Positions 44,264-53,412 of a stretch of DNA of 64,000 bases are shown in pieces. The notes below the pieces were generated by a model. It did not search any database, was not told where the DNA came from, and worked only from the letters and a program-made list of their open reading frames with translations. How positions within the stretch are numbered: the stretch's first letter is position 1; every line of letters begins with the position of its first letter. A program made the translations under genes and the position numbers. Source of the DNA: Candidatus Latescibacterota bacterium (GTDB lineage: Bacteria; Latescibacterota; UBA2968; GCA-2709665); NCBI GenBank assembly GCA_965219455.1, contig OZ244744.1, positions 5,376,001-5,440,000 on the forward strand, written 5' to 3'.

Positions 44264-44410
44264 TACCAATTCGTACTATCTTTGGCGGAGTTGGCACGTT
44301 TCGCGTCATCTCCCGCGCCGGACGACGTGCCTGGATTCAATTCGTCGATCTGGCCGAACCCCAACAGCCAATGTCAGGCCTGGTGGCTGGCGCGCCGGGG
44401 AGTATTCGCC

Positions 44411-46159
44411 ATGGGCGGCTTTTTCACAAAAGCCTACCGCCGAATTCAACAATCGATAGCCGAGGATCGTTGTGTGATTCTGGATGGCGGTGTTGCAACG
44501 GAGTTGGACCGCTTGGGTCTTGGGGATCACGCCATAAGCGATCACAGCCTCTGGGGTACCTGGGCGTTGTACAATGAACCCCTTTCGGTGCTGGATGTAC
44601 ACCGACGGTTTGCGGAGGTTGGCTGCGACTTGATTTCAACCAATACCTGGGGGATTCTCGACGGATCGGAGATAGACGCACGCGGGCTGACGGCAGGTGC
44701 GGGAATCTCGCATCGGATGGACGTGGCGCGACGCGGCATCAGGTTGGCTCGCCAGGCAATTCAACAGGTGGGCAGGGATGGCGAATGCGCCGTGGCCTTC
44801 AGCGTAAATGGAGACATCGATACGTCTCAACGCCTGGAACGATTGCAGCTGCTTTCGAGGGTATTTGCAGACGATCCACCCGATCTCATTTTGATGGAGA
44901 CGATGTCCATTGTCCGCGAAGACCTCACGCTTCCAGCGGTCGAACTGATGATTCAGACCGGAATTCCGGTGTGGTTGAGCTTCCGGCGATGCATTCAGGG
45001 TCTGTGCGGCGTGCATGGGCAGCACTGGGGGGGTCCCGAGGATGACTATTTCGGCAGATTGGCTGGCCGTTTCGAACGAATGGAAATAGGGGCCCTCTTA
45101 ATCAATTGTCTGCCGGTGGAACACGTACCGGGTATGATTTCCTGGCTGAGGGATTTTACGGATCTTCCACTGGGCGTGTACCCGAACCTGGGGCGTTACC
45201 TGGACCCGGGTTGGAAATTCGACGACACGGTGGGATCCCGATGCTTTGCGGCGCTGGCCCAGGCCTGGCGCGAAGAGGGAGCGCAGATCGTCGGTGGGTG
45301 CTGTGGTGTCACTCCCGAACACATTGCCGAAGCCGGGAAGGCGCTGGCTTGCACCCGGGCGGGTCGAAAGCGAGTCCGGCCTCATACATCTGCGGGGGGT
45401 GGAGCCGATCGGGACGATCCGGTCGTTCCGTGCCCATGGGTCGACGAAAACATGCGGACGCTCTTTCCGTTGCCATTCCCTGAAATCGTGTGCGATCCGG
45501 AAGTTTTCGCTCCCACACAAGGTAGCTTTCTAATCTGGAAGCATCTCTTTCGAACGGGCGCCGGTCAAGGCAAACGCTGTCTGGATGTGGGGTGCGGCAC
45601 CGGAATCCTGTCCGTGCAACTCGCGTTGAACGGAGCGGAGCAGGTGGTCGCAATTGATATCCAGAAAGAAGCCGTAGGCAATACGATGACAAACGCTTTT
45701 CGAAACGGCGTGGCCGACCGCGTTTCCGGACGGGTTGTGGATCTTTATACCTATATTCCGGAAGAGAGGTATGACCTGGTAATCGGCAGTCTTTATCAGA
45801 TGCCGGTGGATCCGATTCGGCAAACAACCGGACATCGTCCCGCCGATTTCTGGGGCAGAAATCTGCTGGATCACCTGATTTCTCTGCTGCCGGAGATGCT
45901 TGCCGACGAAGGTGTCGCCTATCTGATGCAGATTTCGGCTTTGAGTCAGATTCGCACGTCCGAGCTGATTTCGATCGCCGGACTGGACGCGACGGTAATC
46001 GACTTCAGTTTTTTTTACTTCAGCCCGGTATTCGACGAAAATACCGATCAGATCAAGCGGGTCTCCGATTTGTCGGATGCTTTTCACCTGAGTTTCGGGC
46101 AGGAAAACGTGATGGTGATGTACCTGCTGGAGATTAGGTTCGGGGGACCGAAGCCATAG
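44411..46159 (+). CDS. Homocysteine S-methyltransferase domain fused to a class I SAM-dependent methyltransferase
   Basis: ILDGGVATEL, LMETM, LINC, VYPN, VGGCCG..PEHI (Zn ligands); then LDVGCGTGILS, AIDI. Confidence 0.85.
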   Translation: MGGFFTKAYRRIQQSIAEDRCVILDGGVATELDRLGLGDHAISDHSLWGTWALYNEPLSVLDVHRRFAEVGCDLISTNTWGILDGSEIDARGLTAGAGISHRMDVARRGIRLARQAIQQVGRDGECAVAFSVNGDIDTSQRLERLQLLSRVFADDPPDLILMETMSIVREDLTLPAVELMIQTGIPVWLSFRRCIQGLCGVHGQHWGGPEDDYFGRLAGRFERMEIGALLINCLPVEHVPGMISWLRDFTDLPLGVYPNLGRYLDPGWKFDDTVGSRCFAALAQAWREEGAQIVGGCCGVTPEHIAEAGKALACTRAGRKRVRPHTSAGGGADRDDPVVPCPWVDENMRTLFPLPFPEIVCDPEVFAPTQGSFLIWKHLFRTGAGQGKRCLDVGCGTGILSVQLALNGAEQVVAIDIQKEAVGNTMTNAFRNGVADRVSGRVVDLYTYIPEERYDLVIGSLYQMPVDPIRQTTGHRPADFWGRNLLDHLISLLPEMLADEGVAYLMQISALSQIRTSELISIAGLDATVIDFSFFYFSPVFDENTDQIKRVSDLSDAFHLSFGQENVMVMYLLEIRFGGPKP

Positions 46160-46352
46160 CTGGACCGGTTTGAAAACATCGCGCCGACCGATCCCGAACG
46201 TGGGGATACCCGGCTTCGGCGTCGGGGATCGGCTTGCAGCCTTGCGGTCGGCACGGCGTCTGGAGCACAAAACGGCCTCCGCTGATCGTGGTCAGCGCGT
46301 TTGAGCGAGGTTCTCCGGCGGTGTGGGCGCCGAATTCGCCAGGGAATGCAAT

Positions 46353-47183
46353 ATGGTCGATCAATTCCTTCAAGGACGCGCGGCAATTGTCACGGGAGGC
46401 GCGAGTGGACTGGGCAGGGCCATCGCATTGCGCCTGGCAGGCCGGGGTGCGGACATCTGCATTATGTCCCTGAGCAGCCGGCGCGTGAAAAGGGTACACA
46501 GTGAGGTGAAATATTTCGCGGACGTGGACGAAATCGAGACGACCCGGCAGGAAATCCGGGAAATGGGCGTACGGTGCATCGGTCTGGACGGGGACGTCAG
46601 TTCGGAAACCGACGTGGAGGACATGATCGGCCAGACCGTCAGAACCTTCGGCAGGTTGGATGTTCTGGTGAACAACGCCGCGACCAACGTTATACATCCG
46701 ATCCTCAACCACGACAACCACGCCTGGAGACGCGTGCTCGATGTGAATCTATTCGGACCCTACCTGTGTACCCGGAACGCACTGCCCCATATGATCGAAA
46801 GCGGATGGGGACGAATCGTCTCTATCGGTTCCACCAATTCCCACGTCGGGTCGTCCGATTACAGTGCTTACGCGGCATCCAAACACGGATTGTTGGGGTT
46901 CAACAGATCTCTCGCATTGGAGGTGGCGCGCCACCATATTACGGCCAATACCGTCAGCCCGGCAACAATCGAAACGCCGTCCGGACATATGCATCTGCTG
47001 CGGTGGGCGGAAGACCAGGGTCTTTCTCGTGAAGCCATGAGAGAGGAAATCATGAAATCCTATCCGCAGGGCAGATTTCTGCGCCCGGAGGAAATTGCCG
47101 ACCTGGTTGTCTATCTGTGCCGGGAAGAAGCGCAGGGAATAAACGGGGAAGATATCCGTGTGACAACGGGTGCGATGTATTAG
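46353..47183 (+). CDS. Classical SDR oxidoreductase
   Basis: TGGASGLG, VNNAA, YAASKHG, INGE. Confidence 0.92.
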   Translation: MVDQFLQGRAAIVTGGASGLGRAIALRLAGRGADICIMSLSSRRVKRVHSEVKYFADVDEIETTRQEIREMGVRCIGLDGDVSSETDVEDMIGQTVRTFGRLDVLVNNAATNVIHPILNHDNHAWRRVLDVNLFGPYLCTRNALPHMIESGWGRIVSIGSTNSHVGSSDYSAYAASKHGLLGFNRSLALEVARHHITANTVSPATIETPSGHMHLLRWAEDQGLSREAMREEIMKSYPQGRFLRPEEIADLVVYLCREEAQGINGEDIRVTTGAMY

Positions 47184-47248
47184 ATGGGGCCGCGAAATAG
47201 GTACCCGAAACCACCCTGTCCCGCCCTTGGCGTGTGAAGGAGGCGTTA

Positions 47249-48031
47249 GTGGATCTGGGATTGAAAGGCCGCCGGGCGCTGGTGACTGGCGCGAGTAAGG
47301 GCATCGGCAAGGCAATTGCATTTGAACTGGCAACGGAAGGTGCCGATCTTGCAATCTGCGCGCGCGGGTCCCTCGCGCTTCAGGATACGGCGGCAACGCT
47401 TAAGGCGGCAACGGGCGTGAACGTGTTCGCAGCCACCGCGGACGTCACGGTCGACATCGAGACCCAGGCGTTTGTGGAGCAGGGCGCCGCCGCGCTGGGT
47501 GGGCTGGATATTCTGGTGAACAACGCTGGCAGTGCGCTTCCCGGTACCTTCGAAGAGGTGGACGAGGCTAGCTGGCGTGCGGATCTGGACGTGAAGCTGT
47601 TTGCCGCGATGCACTGTGTGCGTACCGCCCTGCCTTATCTGAAAAAGAGCCCGCAGGCGAGGATCATCAATATCAACTCGATTGTCGGACGTCAGATTGC
47701 ACCGGAATACATCGCCAACAGCACCGATAGGGCGGCCTGTCTGGCGTTCAGCAAAGGCCTTTCGGACAACCTGGCACCATACGGAATTCTCGTTAACAGT
47801 GTGAATCCCGGCAACGTGAAGAGCCAGGCATGGGGCAGCACATTGGACTATTTCGCACCGGACGCGGACCTGAAGGACTATTATGCACTGGCAAGCCGGG
47901 AGACACCGCTGGGCAGGGTGGCGGAAGCGGCCGAGATTGCGGCAGTGGTGACTTTTCTGGCAAGCAAACGGGCGAGCTACGTCACCGGAGCGTCCATCGA
48001 CGTGGACGGCGGATTGGTGAGGTACATTTAG
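47249..48031 (+). CDS. SDR oxidoreductase with atypical catalytic motif
   Basis: TGASKGIG, VNNAG, NSTDRAA in place of YxxxK, YVTG..I.VDGG; GTG after AAGGAGG. Confidence 0.9.
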   Translation: MDLGLKGRRALVTGASKGIGKAIAFELATEGADLAICARGSLALQDTAATLKAATGVNVFAATADVTVDIETQAFVEQGAAALGGLDILVNNAGSALPGTFEEVDEASWRADLDVKLFAAMHCVRTALPYLKKSPQARIININSIVGRQIAPEYIANSTDRAACLAFSKGLSDNLAPYGILVNSVNPGNVKSQAWGSTLDYFAPDADLKDYYALASRETPLGRVAEAAEIAAVVTFLASKRASYVTGASIDVDGGLVRYI

Positions 48032-48227
48032 GTCCGGCGAGACAGAATCCGTGTGCCCGGGGATTCGGACGTTTTGCCTGCGGGCCCAGGTTCGTCGGCA
48101 AAAGATCGCGTGTTGCAGAAATTGCGACACGTGGACCTGGCGTCCCGTTCTACCGCTCGGCAATCCTGGACACGGTCCGTCTGCCCGTCACGTCGAACAA
48201 GAGGCCCCGCACGTTAAGGTAATTGTA

Positions 48228-50483
48228 TTGTCCAATCCTCGTTTTGAAAAATTGTCTCCCGTCCCCGGCCTGGGGCTGGAGGGCTATGCCGACGAAATAA
48301 CCCTTCCGGCGGGAGCGGAGATCGGTTTCAAATTGGGTGGCCCTCCGGGCGTGGCGGAGGTGAATCTGGCCCGGCTGATTCACGGGGATCCAAATTCCGA
48401 CGGTCCGGGTTACAGGGAAGAACGTGTTTCGTGGGGGCAGCAGGATCGGATTGAGGTGTCCGACCAGGCAACGGATTATGGTTCATTTATCGAGATTCCG
48501 AATTCCGACGCCCTGAACCCGGTGGGTGCGTTTACCGTGGCGCTCTGGTTTCTGCCCACTCTGGGTGGCGGCGGATGGCGCGCCCTGACGGTGAAGTGGG
48601 CGCGTGAAAACTTGAGCTACGGGATTTTTTTCGCCGGCGAGCGGTTTCTGACGGCTGCCGTGTCTCACGACGGCAAAACCGCGCACTGGGCAACGGCCAG
48701 AGAGTCCATCCATATTGGCAACTGGCAGTTCGTGGCGTTCTCGTACCAACCTGACTCGGGTGACATTTGTCTTTATCAGCAGATCGGGGATACGGCGGGG
48801 GTGGTCGAAACCCGATCGTCTCAAGATGCGCTGAGTTGTACATCGAAAAATATCGAGATGGGTACGGTGTTCGCGGGCACCGCGCCGCTGCTGTTTGGCG
48901 CCTGCCCGGACCCCGGCCGCGAAGGCAGCCATTGGGCCCACTTTACGGGCAAGATCGCGCACCCTGTGCTTTTCGGAACCGCGCTGGATCGCGAAGGGAT
49001 CCAGGCACTCGCCGGAGGACAGAATCCTTCAACTCTGGGGCCCCTGCTGGGATGCTGGCATCTTGGCGTGGAGGTGTCCGGCATCCGCGTCGTCGATCTG
49101 TCTGATAACAGGAATCACGGGTTTGCCGTAAATGCGCCGGGACGTGCGGTTACCGGCCCATTCTGGAAGGGAATGCCGTCCCGGCTCTATACGGATCTGC
49201 CTGACGACTACAATGCGATCTACCTTCACGAAGACGATCTGGAAGATGCCGGATGGCCAACGTCTCTTTCGGTGGAAATACCGCCCGACGCAAGATCCGG
49301 CATCTATACACTACGCGCCGGGACAGATGCCGACGCACTCTTCGTGCCGTTCATCGTGACGTCGGATGAACCGCGGTCGGAATTGGCGTGCCTGATCCCC
49401 ACGCTCACATGGCAGGCGTACGGAAGTAACCGTGCCGCGTACAGCTATACTGAAGACGGCGTGCTGGATCGAACGCTTTGCACCTACGACGTGCATAGCG
49501 ACGGGTCGATGGTTTACTATTACTCGCGGCTACAGCCCACGCGTGGATGGAATCCCGGTGCGGGATTCCAAAACTGGGGCGCGCACAATATTACCGCGAA
49601 TCTCTATCTGATCGACTGGCTGGAAGCGCTGGAATTCGAATACGACGTGTTTGCGGACGAAGATCTGCATTGCGGGGGCACCGAACTACTTTCGAAATAC
49701 CGATGTGTGATTCTGGGTAGCCATCCCGAATACCACACCGAAAACATGGTCGACAGCCTGGCGGCGTACGTGCGAAACGGGGGCCGCCTGGTCTATTTGG
49801 GCGGCAATGGTCTGTACTGGGTGATGTCCATCGACCCCCGTCGCCCGCACCTGATTGAACTTCGCCGGGGAGGAGAGGGCGACTACGGACCCACATACAA
49901 GCCGGTGCCCGGGGAGTCGCAGCACAGCACCACACTGGAGCTCGGGGGACTGTGGGCAAGGCGGAGGCGTCCGCCCCGTCGGACAGTCGGTGTGGAACAT
50001 GCGTCCAACACCTGGATGGAAGCCGAAGAAAAAAGGGGTTTTCGGCAACTTCCAGCAAGCAGTGACGCCAGGTACGCGTGGGTTTTCCAAGGTGTCGGAG
50101 AAGACGAGGTTATCGGAGACTTCGGTCTGAATCTGGGCAGCGCAGCAGGCTTCGAAATGGACGCCGTACAGGCATGGGCGTGGGACCGGCTCACGCCCGA
50201 GCCCGTCGTACTTGCCCGGGCGGCGCATCCCGAATTCATCCCCGCCCGACGTACGCACGTTTCGCCGACGGCGGATGTTGCAATTATGAATTACCCTGGA
50301 GGCGGCGCGGTTTTTTCGGCAGGCTCCGTAACCTGGACGGGCAGCCTATCCCACAACGGTTACGCCAACAATGTTTCCACCATCACCCGCAACGTGATTC
50401 GCCGTTTTCTGGATGCGCCCGGCGGCGGGACCGTACTTGGAGAGGCCGGCCATCCATCGCCGGAGAACACCTCTCCCGGATGA
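48228..50483 (+). CDS. N,N-dimethylformamidase beta-subunit family protein (with LamG-like insert)
   Basis: RLIHGDPN, LHEDDLED..W, PTLTWQAY, TYDVHSDG, GSHPEY, YLGGNG.YW, GFEMD, VFSAGS.TW; start uncertain. Confidence 0.85.
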   Translation: MSNPRFEKLSPVPGLGLEGYADEITLPAGAEIGFKLGGPPGVAEVNLARLIHGDPNSDGPGYREERVSWGQQDRIEVSDQATDYGSFIEIPNSDALNPVGAFTVALWFLPTLGGGGWRALTVKWARENLSYGIFFAGERFLTAAVSHDGKTAHWATARESIHIGNWQFVAFSYQPDSGDICLYQQIGDTAGVVETRSSQDALSCTSKNIEMGTVFAGTAPLLFGACPDPGREGSHWAHFTGKIAHPVLFGTALDREGIQALAGGQNPSTLGPLLGCWHLGVEVSGIRVVDLSDNRNHGFAVNAPGRAVTGPFWKGMPSRLYTDLPDDYNAIYLHEDDLEDAGWPTSLSVEIPPDARSGIYTLRAGTDADALFVPFIVTSDEPRSELACLIPTLTWQAYGSNRAAYSYTEDGVLDRTLCTYDVHSDGSMVYYYSRLQPTRGWNPGAGFQNWGAHNITANLYLIDWLEALEFEYDVFADEDLHCGGTELLSKYRCVILGSHPEYHTENMVDSLAAYVRNGGRLVYLGGNGLYWVMSIDPRRPHLIELRRGGEGDYGPTYKPVPGESQHSTTLELGGLWARRRRPPRRTVGVEHASNTWMEAEEKRGFRQLPASSDARYAWVFQGVGEDEVIGDFGLNLGSAAGFEMDAVQAWAWDRLTPEPVVLARAAHPEFIPARRTHVSPTADVAIMNYPGGGAVFSAGSVTWTGSLSHNGYANNVSTITRNVIRRFLDAPGGGTVLGEAGHPSPENTSPG

Positions 50484-50514
50484 ACAATAGAGATACACCG
50501 GAGAACCCATTCAG

Positions 50515-51582
50515 ATGAACGTCGGAAATCCGGTCAACCCCCGAAGCCTGTTGCAGCGCCTCGACGATGACGTGGTGATCTGCGCCGAGGGTTATCTGTT
50601 TGAACTCGAGCGCCGAGGGTATCTGCAGGCGGGCCCTTTCGTTCCGGAAGTCGTGCTCGAGCATCCCGAGGTCGTGGCCGGGTTGCACCGGGAATTCTGG
50701 CGTGCGGGTTCGGACGTGATTGAGGCGTTTACGTATTACGCCCATCGCGAAAAGCTGCGCCTTATCGGCAAGGAACATCTTCTGGAACCACTGCAGAAAA
50801 GTGCGCTGGCGATAGCGAAATCGGTCGCCGCCTCGGTCGAAGGAGAACGCCCGCTGGTTGCCGGCAACATTTGCAATACCAACATTTGGGATCCGGAGGA
50901 TCGCACAACGGACGCGCAGGTTGCAGCGATGTTCGACGAACAGGTGGCCTGGGCGGTTGAGGCGGGAGTCGATTTCATAATCGCGGAGACATTCTCCTTT
51001 TTCGGGGAGGCCGCGTTGGCGCTGGCGTCTGTCAAACGCGCTGGATTGTCGGCCGTGGTGACCTTTGCTCACCATCGGGAGGAAGGGTTGAGGGATGGGA
51101 TCCTGCTGGATGAGGCCGCAAAACGTCTGGAGCAGGCCGGAGCGGAAGTCGTGGGGGTAAATTGCACGAGAGGACCAAAGACGATGCTGCCCGACGTGGA
51201 ACGCATTCGGCGCGCGGTATCGTGTCACGTAGCGGCATTGCCTGTTCCGTATCGCACGACGGAGAATCAGCCGACGTTTCAGTCCCTTCAGGAGCCGGGC
51301 TCCGAGCCGCCACCTGCAGAACGTTCGTTTCCGACGGCGTTGGATCCCTTTACCTGCCACAGGTACGAAATGGCCGCGTTTGCCCGTCGGGCCTTCGATA
51401 TGGGTGTCCGATACCTGGGCGCCTGCTGCGGATCCGGGCCTCATCACGTCAGATCAATCGCGGAAGCGTTGGGACGAATCCCGCGTGCCAGCCGGTACTC
51501 TCCGGACATGTCCAGGCACTATGCGCTGGGCAGCGATTCCAGCCTGAAGAACCAAAACCGGGATTTTGTCGATAAGTTGTGA
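50515..51582 (+). CDS. Betaine-homocysteine S-methyltransferase-like protein
   Basis: EGYLFELERRGYLQAGPFVPE, LHREF.RAGSDV..AFTYY, GVNC, FPTALDP, GACCG. Confidence 0.88.
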   Translation: MNVGNPVNPRSLLQRLDDDVVICAEGYLFELERRGYLQAGPFVPEVVLEHPEVVAGLHREFWRAGSDVIEAFTYYAHREKLRLIGKEHLLEPLQKSALAIAKSVAASVEGERPLVAGNICNTNIWDPEDRTTDAQVAAMFDEQVAWAVEAGVDFIIAETFSFFGEAALALASVKRAGLSAVVTFAHHREEGLRDGILLDEAAKRLEQAGAEVVGVNCTRGPKTMLPDVERIRRAVSCHVAALPVPYRTTENQPTFQSLQEPGSEPPPAERSFPTALDPFTCHRYEMAAFARRAFDMGVRYLGACCGSGPHHVRSIAEALGRIPRASRYSPDMSRHYALGSDSSLKNQNRDFVDKL

Positions 51583-51756
51583 GATATCCCGTGGCCACAC
51601 CGTATTGGCAATCGTGTATTTTCTCGGAATTCTCCCTGTGTCCCGGAGGGCGCAAGCGCCGAGTCGGCCATGACGATGGATCCACCGGCGGAGGAATGGT
51701 GACATATTTCCGGGACGGGACACAAGTTTCGGAATCGACCCGGAGCGTTGAAGTCG

Positions 51757-53358
51757 ATGCGATCCTGCGCGGACGCCATTGCGGAAACTTTGCACGAAGG
51801 AAGGGTCCGGTACGTATTCGGTCATCCGGGCGGCGAGGTCGTGGATCTGATCGATGCGCTGGAGAACACGGGAATACGATTCGTGCTGACCGGCCACGAG
51901 GCCGCCGCGGCCTTTATGGCCAGCGCGATCGGGCGCCTGACCGGGACTCCTGGCGTCTGCCTGGCGACACTGGGGCCAGGCGGCTGCAATCTGGTTCTGG
52001 GGGTCGGCTCCGCTTACCTCGACAGGGACCCGATGCTGGCGATTTCAGCGCGGAGCCCCACATCGCGGGCCAGAGTGAGCGAGAAACAGAATCTGCTTCT
52101 CAATGAGCTGTTCGATCCCATCTGCAAATGGTCCGTCGCCCTGGGAACAACCGGCGTGGAAGCGACGGTGCGGTCCGCGTTGACGCTTTCGGCGGCGCCG
52201 CCTGTCGGCCCGGTGTACCTCACGATACCGAATGACGTCGCAGTGGCCGATACGGCGCCCGGCGTGGCAGCGTCGCCACCCTCCACGTCTCGCGTGTGCA
52301 ACGGGGACCTCGAAGCGATAACAAGGGCACTGAATCGGGCCGAACGTCCTGTTGGTGTTGTGGGCGTCGCCTTGAATGCCCGGCTGGATTCCGCCGCAGT
52401 GCGTCGGTTTTTTACGGAATCGCAAATCCCCTACGTTGTTCTTCCACAGGCAAAGGGCATTCCGGATGAGTTTGGTCCGGGGTATCTGGGCACCGTGGCG
52501 TCGGCCGCAGGAGACGCCGTACTTGTGAATCTGATCGGTCTCAGCGATTGCTTGCTGGGCGTGGGTTTCGATCCCGTGGAGTCGGCGCAGGACTGGCATC
52601 TTCGCCATCCGGTCTACTCCCTGGCCAATTCCTCAATTGCCTTTGGCGACTTTAAACCGGTTGCGGAGTGTGTGGGCGACGTCACATCCATGCTCGATCG
52701 GTTGCTGGAGGTGTATGACCGAGGCGCACGCTGGACGGCGGCCGAAATTCGCAACGCGCAGGTTGCCGTCGCGGATGCGATCCGTCCCGGGACGGATGCC
52801 AGCACAAACGGTCTTTCCCCTTACCACTTAATGCGTGAATTGCGCGATACGCTGCCCGAGGAGACCATTCTGTCAGTCGACGTAGGCGCCCACAAGATGC
52901 TGGTTTCGCAGGTCTGGCGGGCGCGTTCGCCAGGAACCTTTCTGACGTCGAACGGCCTGTCCGCGATGGGCTACGGGCTGCCGACGGCGCTGGCGGCGGC
53001 GCTGATCCGGCCAGGCCGACCGGTGGCAGGCGTGTTCGGGGACGCCGGTTTCGCGATGATGGTTCAGGAATTGGAAACGGCGCGCAGGTTGGACCTGCGT
53101 CCGTTACTGGTCGTGCTCTGCGACCGATCTCTGGCGATCGTCAAGGTCGCACAGGCCATGCGTAACATCCCTTACCGGGGCGTTGATTTCCAACCGGTGG
53201 ACTGGGCAAAGGTCGCTGACGGGTTCGGCGCACGGGGTTTAACCGTGACCACCCTGGACGCAGTGCGGAGGGTGGGGGAAGCGTGGCTGGCAAAACCGCA
53301 GTTGACGGTCGTGGCTGCGCGGGTGGACGATGAATTATACACAGCGCTGGAATATTGA
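51757..53358 (+). CDS. Thiamine pyrophosphate-dependent enzyme (acetolactate synthase-like family)
   Basis: FGHPGGE, HEAAAAFMA, TLGPG, DVGAHK, SNGLSAMGYGLP, GDAGF. Confidence 0.88.
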   Translation: MRSCADAIAETLHEGRVRYVFGHPGGEVVDLIDALENTGIRFVLTGHEAAAAFMASAIGRLTGTPGVCLATLGPGGCNLVLGVGSAYLDRDPMLAISARSPTSRARVSEKQNLLLNELFDPICKWSVALGTTGVEATVRSALTLSAAPPVGPVYLTIPNDVAVADTAPGVAASPPSTSRVCNGDLEAITRALNRAERPVGVVGVALNARLDSAAVRRFFTESQIPYVVLPQAKGIPDEFGPGYLGTVASAAGDAVLVNLIGLSDCLLGVGFDPVESAQDWHLRHPVYSLANSSIAFGDFKPVAECVGDVTSMLDRLLEVYDRGARWTAAEIRNAQVAVADAIRPGTDASTNGLSPYHLMRELRDTLPEETILSVDVGAHKMLVSQVWRARSPGTFLTSNGLSAMGYGLPTALAAALIRPGRPVAGVFGDAGFAMMVQELETARRLDLRPLLVVLCDRSLAIVKVAQAMRNIPYRGVDFQPVDWAKVADGFGARGLTVTTLDAVRRVGEAWLAKPQLTVVAARVDDELYTALEY

Positions 53359-53412
53359 AATCCCGTGGCGTTCCGGTATCGGAACGCCCGGGATGTGAAC
53401 GTGAGGTAACTC

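Noticed and set aside
44291-44308. Second sigma-54 promoter (TTGGCACG) upstream of the HMT fusion
   Set aside because: The -24 box is good, but the -12 position reads GT rather than GC at the required spacing
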